Below, piece by piece: positions 25,714 through 35,421 of a DNA stretch of 64,000 nucleotides. The notes below the pieces were generated by a model that saw only the letters and a list, made by a program, of their open reading frames with translations, ran no database searches and was not told the DNA's origin. Source of the DNA: Klebsormidium nitens (lineage: Eukaryota; Plantae; Klebsormidiophyceae); contig DF236977.1 of assembly GCA_000708835.1 (NCBI GenBank), positions 124,001-188,000 on the forward strand, in the 5' to 3' direction. Position numbers and translations under genes: made by a program. How positions within the stretch are numbered: the first letter of the stretch is position 1; every line of letters begins with the position of its first letter.

Positions 25714-28700
25714 ATGGAACCCCAACAAATCGCTGGCCCACTCAGGGAGCTGGTGGTGAAGTTGCTAAGGAGTACGGATGACGGCACGAGCAGCACTTCT
25801 TCAGTCCCGGAGGCGTCCATCTCTAGAACTTATCAGTACGCTTTGCGGCTTTTGGGAAGCAGGATCTCGGCACCCTTGGCTAGTGACGAAGCTGCAGTAG
25901 TGGACTCAATCAAGAGGAGTCTGATTCATAAGGGCAGGGCGTCTGATGCTCTTACATTCTCCAACCTACATCAAAGATTAGGGGGTCCACCTGGGCCTGG
26001 CAAGCTGGGCAAGCGGTGGAGCCTCCTCTACCTTCTGAAAAGTATTGCGGAAGACAGGTATGTAGCTGCCTTAACGCCGGAACTGATGCATACACTGCCA
26101 CCAGAGCTGGTGAAAGACGGGTAAAAATAAGTCTTATGTTTGGATCGCCATCTGTGATTCAAGCACCTCCCTACAAGAGATGATAATCTGGTCAATTGTG
26201 ATTTTGTTGCACTTGCAAGTTTATCCAGGCATAGAACTGAGGCACACAATCAGTAGCCTCTGAAATGAAACTGACCCCTCACAGCATTGTTGGAATTGAA
26301 GTCTTCCATGGTGGTGCAACTGTCATGACCAATTACTCTCATGTAACTCTCTCTTGAAAGGCATTCATTGCTGGGACTTCAACTTTTTGTCATGCTGTTA
26401 TACTTTATCCATTGCGTGAGCTTTCTTTTTGTGTGCACTACGGCTGCTTACCATTTCTTCTCATATGCAGGGCCTCTGATGAGAGTTCCTCTGGACACGG
26501 TTCTTCCGGCTTTGAGTGGAGCATCTCTACCCCTGCGGCAGCTGGAGGCCTTCCTGCACGTCCCTTCGATAGTCGGTCCAGCACCGCCAATGGAGTTTCT
26601 GCAACCAGCAAGAAAAGCCACAGAAGCACTGAACAGCTGGCTCAGAACGAGTCTGAACTCCGGACGGACAGTACAGCACAGCTAGCGGTCGCCCCGAAAG
26701 GCAATGTGGACTCTCGGCAAGCAGCATACCAAGAGTTCATGCACATAAGACATACTGATGCTCAGGTTTCGGAGCAGGACCTCGTTCGGGATGTAGTATA
26801 CACGTGTCAGGGCATTGACGGCAAGCACATCAAGTTTGATGCAAAAGCGGACGGGTTTGTGATCACCGACAGCGTGCGACTTCCAAGAGGGGCCCGATTA
26901 CTCATACTCAAACTTTGTGAGTTGGGGTGGTTGTATAGGAGAATACGGACATATGTGAGTGAGCGCCTCTCGCCCGCATCGCTCGAGTTGGTAGGACAGG
27001 CGTTTGGTTCCGCTCTGCAACAAGAGCTGGCTGACTACTACAGGCTCATGGCAGTCTTGGAAGCACAGGTGCAGCAGAAGGCGCCCGGCCCTGGGGAATT
27101 GGCAGGCCAGAGTACTGGTGGTGGTTCCTACTTGTCCTTGCGAAGGTGACTTGACTGGAAAACTTATCACCGCCTTCGGTGTCGCTTTGAATACTGTCTC
27201 AACGACTCAGTTTTGCAATCTGTAAACAACCTGCGACTTGCCGTTGAAAAGTGCGCAGAATTGATGCATTTCAAACCTCGTATCCTGAATGTTGGGTTTG
27301 TCAGATGCTGAAGTTGCTAGCCCTTTGTCAAAACGGCATGGAGACCTCCTCGTCAATTAGCTTCTCGAAGTGCAACCAAGTTTCTTGTGCAGGTTAGCGG
27401 TTTGGTTGGCTGAGCCCTTGCTACGAATGCGTCTGATGGCCATTCTCGTGGACAACTGCGGGTCACTGAAAGGTGGCGCTTTAGCTAGCGCGCTCCACAT
27501 GCATCGACAGCACGGGGACCCGTTTGTGCACGAATTCATTGGTCAGCTCCTGGAGAAGGTAAGGAGTCAGGTGCCAGTGCTACTGGTCGCAATACTGGCA
27601 TCCCATTCTTTTCCATCTCCTGTCCCAATAACGGCGACTGCTCCCCTGAAGGGCATCGCTCGAGAAGGGTAAACAAGCCTTAACAGGCAGACCTTTTGAG
27701 TCTGCTTGTGATCAAACTGTCGAACCTTCAATCGATTGCAGTGCAGGCATCTGCAGAATCGTCCGAGCTTTTCGAAACATTGATTTTACCTGCAAAAGTT
27801 CGACCCTCAGGCACACCGCTTTAGCCCCATCCTCCATCGCTCTTTTCTCTCAGATGAGTCGCAAGATGATCATCGGGCTTCTTTTGTCACCAGTCAGCAT
27901 CCAAGCAGATGACGAGTTGAAGAAAGGTCCTTGTTTCAGGTGTGCTTGCCCCTCCTGGAGATGATTCGGCGTTGGGTCCTGGAAGGGGAGCTCGACGACG
28001 GGTATCAGGAGTTCTTTATCTCGGGGGACCTGTCCGTGGGGGACGACGGCCTCTGGCGGGACTGCTACAAGGTTCGGCAAGCCATGCTGCCGTCCTTCAT
28101 CTCTCCGGAGCTGGCCCACCGCATCCTCAGGTGAGCCGTATGCTTTATGAGTGGTGACGTATTCAACAAGAAGGAACGCGGAAGGTATCCTATGCCGTGT
28201 GCAGAAACGTCTGTGCTCATTCGGTTGCTCCACAATCTCCTACGCGACGAACACAGCGAACTTTCGAATGCAACAGGTCTCCAAGCTTACGGAGCCTGTC
28301 CAGCCGTCTCGCGAGGATCGTGCGACGCAAGCACTGGTCTGAGTAGAGTCATTTTACCTCGTACGTTCACCGTCCGCGTGCTCAGTCGTCCATTCGACCC
28401 GTCCCATCCCCGAGCACAACTCTTTGCGAACCTCAAAACTATTCCTTTCGCTCTCCCCTGCAGGGCCGGCAAGTCCATCAACTTTTTGCGCGGCTGCTGC
28501 CAGGACGAGGGCTGGGCCGAAGCCACCGACGCCGCCGCGGCCGCCGCCCCTGGCGCGCTCTCCCTGACGTCACCCTCCGGCACTCTCGGCACGCTCGTCG
28601 AGGCGGCCGACCAGCGCATCTCCGCGCGCCTGGTGGCGACCATCTTTGGGCGGTACCGCTTCCGGGAGCACTGCCTGGCGATCAAGCAGTACCTGCTGCT

Positions 28701-31700
28701 AGGGCAGGGCGACTTCATCCAGTACCTCATGGACCTGATCGGGCCGGACCTCTCGCAGCCGGCGGGGCTGGTCAGCAAGTTCAAGCTGGCGGGGCTGCTC
28801 GAGGCGGCCGTGCGCGCGTCCAATGCGCAGTACGACGACAGGTGCGTGCTGGATTGTGGGATGACTGTGCGTCTTGCAATCGTTGTCTTTTTTCAACAGA
28901 GTTGGCCTCAGTGTTGCTGCTCTTAGCCCATAATCGCTGCAATTGACTAGGACGGACCCCGTGATATCGAAACTTTTGTCGAAAGGAAACGGCAGACTAG
29001 GAGATTAGAGTACTGTTACTTAGCTGGTTTTGCAAGTTAGATCTAGGCAACGGTCGATCTCTGAGGTTGATGGATTTCGGTATAAAAAGATGTGGTGTCT
29101 GTTGTAAGAGTATTCCTCTGTTTATTCATATTGAGTGGGTCCAATTCTGGCTCGATCGGCTTGAATTGCTTCGTTTGTCCCATGCCTGTTTCGGCACGTT
29201 CACACATTGCAAAGAGTCTCGGCCCATTGCTTCAAAATGGATGGTTCGTTTCCTCCCTCGGGCGCCTTCTCACCCTAGATTCCCTCGCGCTTCCCCTTTG
29301 CAGTGTCACTCTGGACAAGTTGCGCACGAAGATGCTGGAGAACGGCAACGGCAAATTGCCTGTCTTTGGTGCTTCAATCCCGGTTGCATCCACTCTCGTC
29401 GCCCCATCACCTTCACCTTCTTAAGACTATCTCGACCATTTTCTGAACACAGTCTCTTCGTTTGTTTCCTCGAGAGCACTCCCATTCAACCGCTTCCGAC
29501 CTCCGTTTTGCAGCGCCACGCTGGACAAGCTGCGCGTGAAGATGCTGGAGCACGGCGACGGCGACCGCGGGTGGGACGTGTTTTCGCTGGAGTACCAGGC
29601 GGCGTCGCCGCTGAGCACCGTGTTCACGGAGGCCGTCATGCTGCGCTACCTGCGCATCTTCAACTTCCTCTGGCGCCTCAAGCGCGTGGAGCACGCGCTG
29701 AGCGCGTCGTGGAAGGTCATGAAGCCCAACGCGGCGGTGGTCAAGCCGGGGCGGGGCAACCAGGAGAGCGCGAAGGTGGGAAGCTTAGTCTCTAAATGTC
29801 TCTCTTCATGCAATTCCCTGGAGGTTTTTGAATGTGGAAGACTCGTCAAAGAAGAGTCAAGGTTGAGGGCATCAAACATGGACAAGAAAAGTCAGGTCGC
29901 GAAGATTCTCGAGGAGAGCCTAGGTCCGCTCTTCGCCATACTGTCAGCTGTAAAGTCGAAGAAGCACCAGCGGTGAGATACTCGAATCTTCAGGCCACAC
30001 TCGAACAAGCGATTTGGTGATTGAGTTGGGAGTTAGGTCAAGCGACCTTGGTTAGGACGGCATCGGGGGAGCGGCCAGGCATGGTTGGCTCAGTCATACG
30101 TTAAGTTGTACGCAAGATTGTCGTGACAGGCAAAAAAGAAAACTCGAATTTTGCGCTGCCTTTGCGAGTACGCTTTGAAACTGGCAGTGCTGTGTCGTGC
30201 TGTGCTGTGTCGGACGGGTTTAAGCTGAATCGTCCGACACAGCACAGGTCAAGTAGTGCTTTTGGCAGCCTTCTTGCGGTGTTGTCCGCAATTCCTGCGC
30301 TTGCCCATTCTTCTTTTCCAGCCCAAAGCACTGTGACGCTTGCGAACCCGTCCTCATCGGCCGACTTTGTCGTATCTTCTTTTGCAAGACACACTGACGC
30401 AGTTTGCTCTTGCAGACCTTGGCGGATGAGCTACGGCGGTGTCACACTCTCCGCAACGAGATGAACCACTTCGTGACCAACCTCCAGGTAAGCCTGAGGG
30501 CCTAGGTGACGCAGGGGACGGGTACCTCTTCGCATCAAATGGTTGGAAGAGCGTGACTCCATACCGTGGTGAATACGTTTCAGCCCGTGGACGCAGCTTT
30601 TCGGATCGAGGCAACCAAAAGTTAGCCGGAGCTGGTGGGAAGAAAAGGCTGCGGCAAGAAGCTCTGTCCGGCATCCTATTCGTCTGTGCAGGCAGCTGTA
30701 CGTCGCGCAACGCTGGACGGACCAAACCACAAAGGAGCAAAATAAGAGCCCCATTCTTTAATACAGGACAGCCTTCACCAAGATGATCTATGTTGAAGCC
30801 AGCCTCCGCAGTGCAACGACATCGTCACATACCCCGCCATCCAAAAGCTTGTTCTGCCTAGCTGGTACTCCCTAGTACTACATAGTACTACCTATCCTCC
30901 GAAGTTTCTTTTGTTCAAGCGCTCTCGGGCTCTAAAAGTTTGCATTGACCGCCGTCCTGTTCTTCCCCGCGCAGTACTACATCATGTTCGAGGTGCTCGA
31001 GTGCTCGTGGTCCGACTTTCTGGCGGAGGTCGACGCAGCGGCGGACCTCGACGCGCTGATTGCGGCGCACGACACGTACCTGGACACGATCCTCAAGAAG
31101 AGCCTGCTGGGGGAGCGCTCGCAGCAGCTGTGCAAGCGGCTGTTCACAATCTTCGACACCGTGCTGCGCTTCAAGGGCTTCGCGGACCGGCTGTACGAGA
31201 TCGTCCGGGACATCCAGGTGAGGCGCAGCGTCCGACTCGCAGATTTCAGATGTGTAAAGCTACTATGTTTTCTCTCTGGCCTCTGTAAAAATAGGGTGCT
31301 AGTATTGTGGGTATCTGATTGGTCATAGAAGAGACAGTGAGGGCCCAGCTGACTGGTTCTGTAGATTGTAGGAAAGGACTTGAGATGAAGGAAGTGTTAC
31401 CAGCCTCCATTTTCTGCTGATTGTTGTCATCGTTCTTTCTGGATGTGACTCGAAGTCCGCTGCGCGGCACTTGCAGTAGTCCAGCAGCCACATCAGTGCG
31501 TTGATCCGAGACTATCGTTTGATCCTCTCAGCACCCCCTTGTTCGCACTTTGTTTTTGAAGCAGTTTGCGATGCCCCCACAATACGCCTTCATTAGTCAC
31601 CAACGTGAGGCTCCTGGCGCTCACGCTCGACCGCTCTCTTCGTCTCCTCTGTCCCCCGCCTTCACGTAAGCCTATCGCTCACAGCGTCCAATGTCGTCCG

Positions 31701-32714
31701 TCATGCGCAGCACAAGCAGCGACGGAGAGAAGCCGAAGTGAGCGCGCGCACGGGGGCCGGCCAGTGGGGGTCGCTGGGGGGCGAGGACGAGCACCACGAG
31801 TCCCTGGTGCAGGAGCAGCTGGACAGCATCGGCAGGTGAGCCCGGGCCGGGCCTTGTTTTCCAGATCCTCGCCCGTATCTTCTGGCAGTTGCAAAGGCAC
31901 CCGAGGCTCTGCATGCTTCGTCGGGTGATTGGGTGATCGTCCGATTGCCTGCCCAGCTTTTATATGAGCATGGGGGAATGATTCTGCCCGCCGTCTGAGA
32001 TGAGCATGGGGGAAAAAACTGCCCGGCCTCTGAGAGAAGCTCGTGGGGATTATTCGGTAGCAACGGAATGACTCATTCAGCGACAAAGCAGATCCGTGGC
32101 CTCTGAGGAGGTATGAGGGCCAGCAGTACAGGCGCAAATAAATGTCGCAAGGCCGTTCCTGCGTGCTTCCGTTGGCCTTGTTCTATCTCCGCTACCATTT
32201 GCGTGTGCCACTGTGGCGATCTCGAAAAGGACTACTTCTGGAGCACCTGTCCAGACTCTCGACAGATCTGTTTCCATCGCTAATCATTGAGGCCGTCTCG
32301 TGTAAGGTTTCTTCAACCATTTGCTGCCTGTCGCTGAAAGGAGTCGAGGTCTGAACTCGAAGTACTCATTGCAAGTCATGTACGCATTACCACTTCCTGG
32401 ATTCAAGTGCTTTGAAATGATCTAACAAAGTTTGAGCAGATTTTAAAGAGAAGCCCGTGCGAGATGAACATGCAATCTTACTTTGACAAAGAACTAAAAG
32501 CATTTCGTTCTGCAGGAACCTTGACGCAATTGCTGCCGAGTACTCGTCTCTTTTGGAGGGTTTCACGGATCAGCTCCTAGTGCAACAGCATGTCGACCTG
32601 CGATTCCTGTCCTTCAGACTCGACTTCTCCGAGTTCTACACGCGACAGCGGGCAGACAGAGCCAGCACGCCTCTCAAGCTAAGATGGCCTGGTTTGTTAG
32701 GAGGACAGCTATAG
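25714..32714 (+). CDS. GCP3: Gamma-tubulin complex component 3 (GCP3/Spc98), multi-exon
   Basis: Motifs LVRDVVYTCQGIDG, KLCELGWLYRRI, LQQELADYYRLMAVLE, GDPFVHEF, MIRRWVLEGELDD.YQEFFI, AIKQYLLLGQGDF, GWDVFSLEY, YLRIFNFLWRLKRVE, EMNHFVTNLQ, YIMFEVLECSW and DLRFLSFRLDFSEFY. Confidence 0.95.
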
Positions 32715-33056
32715 CTCAGGGTGATCCACGAGGTCGGTTGGCACAGGATGAGAGCCAGATAAAGTGCTCGTGCTTGAGTACTTTTGAACGTATCTTGCTG
32801 GTCTGCCCCATGCATATGGCAAGTTGAAACGTGGCGATGTATCATAGACTCATGTCCCAAAGCAGTCGATTGTGACTCTCAAGGCGCATGAGAAACAAGG
32901 GCACTAATAGCTCCAGCCCGAGTCCAAATCACGCCGAGCTCCAGCAAAGAAGAGCCCAGCATGGGGCCTGCCAGGCCCCGGGCGGGTGGCCGCCGCCCCA
33001 TGGTCACTGGTCAGGAGCTACTGCAGTCCATTACCCAGGTAAACTACCGTATTTAA

Positions 33057-33482
33057 AGTGGGCGTAGGGCTCGCGAGCCCACTTTTGATCGAACGGTACT
33101 TTAGACCGAGTGAAATTTATCGAACGGCTCAGGATCAATCCCATATTACCACGGTACGGGACCTCTCAAGGAACCAGCCGACTACGGTACCCACCGAGTT
33201 GGGGCTCCAGGCAGGGACCGGAGGCTATCCAGAGGTATCGTACCACTGGGTACCGCGGTTTCTAAATCTTGACGTCACTCTGCGTCAGCTGCGGAAGGGT
33301 CCCAAAAAGGAAGCGGCAAAAGAGAGCAAAATGTCAAATGTTTGGATTCGAACCAGCGACCAGCCCCCGACTCTGGATCGGGATAGGCGAGCGCGCTTGC
33401 CATTTTGTCAAGTCGTCAAAATTCGCAGTGCCGGACGTCAAATTGGTCGCGAAAGAGGGGGTTTTATACCCCGACGCCCACT
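33057..33482. mobile_element. 426-bp non-autonomous TIR element with TTAA target duplication and AG...CT termini (Kolobok-like)
   Basis: TTAA|AGTGGGCGTAGGG at 33053-33069 and CCCCGACGCCCACT|TTAA ending at 33486. The 13-bp TIR has 1 mismatch. Confidence 0.7.
33303..33412 (-). ncRNA. tRNA-derived Pol III cassette inside the TTAA-flanked element
   Basis: The minus strand reads GACAAAATGGCAAGCGCGCTCGCCT (D-arm/A-box-like), then GGTTCGAATCC (B-box, 33354-33344), then a T-rich tail ending in T5 (33308-33304). Confidence 0.5.
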
Positions 33483-33539
33483 TTAACCTGAAGCAGTAGC
33501 GCAGACGCCAATTCATGGTCGCGAACTGCGCTGTGTACG

Positions 33540-33900
33540 TGGGGCAGTGTACTCACTGCACTGTGTTGCCTACCGTATGACGGCGTAGGTACTAGTTAGG
33601 TAGTAGGTAGGTACCGTACTAGTAGCCTATGTATATGTACCGGTTTCTTAGACATAAATTTGTACCGTAGGTTTCCCTGTAGCAGGGGCAGTACTCCAGT
33701 AATACCAGTACCTACAGGCTACGCTGAGAAGTTGAGAACCGCCGTATACGGTACTACCTACAGTACGGCGTACCGGTAGGTCCGTGGACTCTTCGAGAGT
33801 CGAGCTCCGAACCAATAATTGTAGACTGTGCGGCTCGGAAGTTGGACCTTGGTCCGTACAACCCGAGATGGCGCCGAAATTAGAATACCGGTGGGTACCG
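33540..33900. repeat. Second GTAC / TA-(C/CC/CCG/CAG)-TA dense field
   Basis: TAGGTACTAGTTAGGTAGTAGGTAGGTACCGTACTAGTA and TATACGGTACTACCTACAGTACGG. It shares CCTACAGGCTAC with positions near 17573 and, inverted, near 18345. Confidence 0.75.
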
Positions 33901-34403
33901 GGGGGCCCCGGGGCCAGCCTCAGGCCCCCGGGCAGCCCAGTGCTTTTGGCACAGAAACTGATCGCTGCTCGATCACGAGCTACCGGCCAAGTCGCAGTTC
34001 AGTTCAGCCTCTCACATCGTCACAGTACCCGGCCGGTTATGGATCCAAACAAACCGGGAAGGGATCCAGCGGCCATTCCAGACGGATCCCCGCCCGCATG
34101 ACGGCCACCGGTGACCGCAATCAACGGTGACTGACGGAGTCGAGTCACGAGTACCCTCGGGGACTCGGGAGTAGGGGTGGATCGATCGCGCGCGATTTCG
34201 CAGCTACCAACGGGAAGAAGTCCTTTGCATGGCATGAGAGCCGCGCTGTCACCGTGTCATTTGTGGCGTCCGCTTCACCAGAATCCATGCGAATAATTGG
34301 ATGCATGGCCCCGGCCGCTCAGCCTCCCGAAATATATTGTATCAGTCCCGACTTCCGGGGCCACCGGGCCCGGCATAGCCGCCCGGCGCGCAAGGGGCAC
34401 ATA

Positions 34404-34912
34404 GCTGCCGAATCTTTTGTCAACTTTCGAAATCGGACACCGGACGGGCACAGGCAGTCGTTGTCCGAAGTGCCATATTTTGGGACCCGGTTGGTACCGG
34501 GCCTGCTTTTGCCGGACTAAATAATGCCCGGGTTAGCCTGCAAACCACATTAAAATCCTAAGAACAGTGACTTAGCCGTTAGTAAGAACCCTAATCTGAG
34601 AGCAGTCACAGGAAAGGGAGTAACCCTAACAAACCGTCACAGGAAGTGACGTAACCCTAACACACTATCACTGCTTTGTAGCGCGAGACCCTCAGGTCAC
34701 TAGGAGTGCCCGGTTGCTTGTTGACGGTGCATACCTACCGTACGCGGTCAACGGTACCGCCCGGACCGTACGGTACTGAGTACGGTATCGGACTCATGTG
34801 GCAACAACTTGGAGCGTAGATCCTGCGGACGGTGCACGATCGGACGGTGACACGCATATGACTGTCCGCAGTCCAACGTCCGATTTCGAAAGTTGACAAA
34901 AGATTCGGCAGC
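34404..34912. repeat. Perfect 35-bp inverted repeat pair around a 439-bp spacer
   Basis: GCTGCCGAATCTTTTGTCAACTTTCGAAATCGGAC at 34404-34438 and its exact reverse complement at 34878-34912. The spacer carries three AACCCTAA motifs. No clear target duplication. Confidence 0.85.
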
Positions 34913-35421
34913 TTTGGCCGTTTTGCGCCCGGCGCCCAGCAGCGCCCAGCCACGGCAAGCACAGACCAAGCAGGGCACAAGTGTACACTCTATGGTCACA
35001 GACTCTACCGACGACTACCGTATTGGGTAAACTACGGTGCGGTGCCCGGTTCTTGTACCATGTGGTACAGAAATACTGCCCTCACGTACCTACCTACCCT
35101 ACCCGGGCCATCAAGTTCAACGGTAACTTTCATCATTCATGGCGGCCCAGACGGTACACGACGCACGTCCCTCAGTGCTCACAGAGAGTCGATCCCGGCG
35201 CAAGCTTGCAAGTCAAGATTCAGGAGTCTGGGCAGACCAATCCGAAGATCAGCCGTAGCTAGAGGTCAGATTCATGTCAGAGTAAACAATTGCCAACTTG
35301 GAAGTGGTCGCACATTGAGCTAGATTGTGTAAAGGCAGTTTTCAGATCACCTACCTAGAGGGAGTCTAACCCGCTGCCACCGTTGTCATTCTAAGTGTTG
35401 TGTGAGCTATTTGCTGACGAC

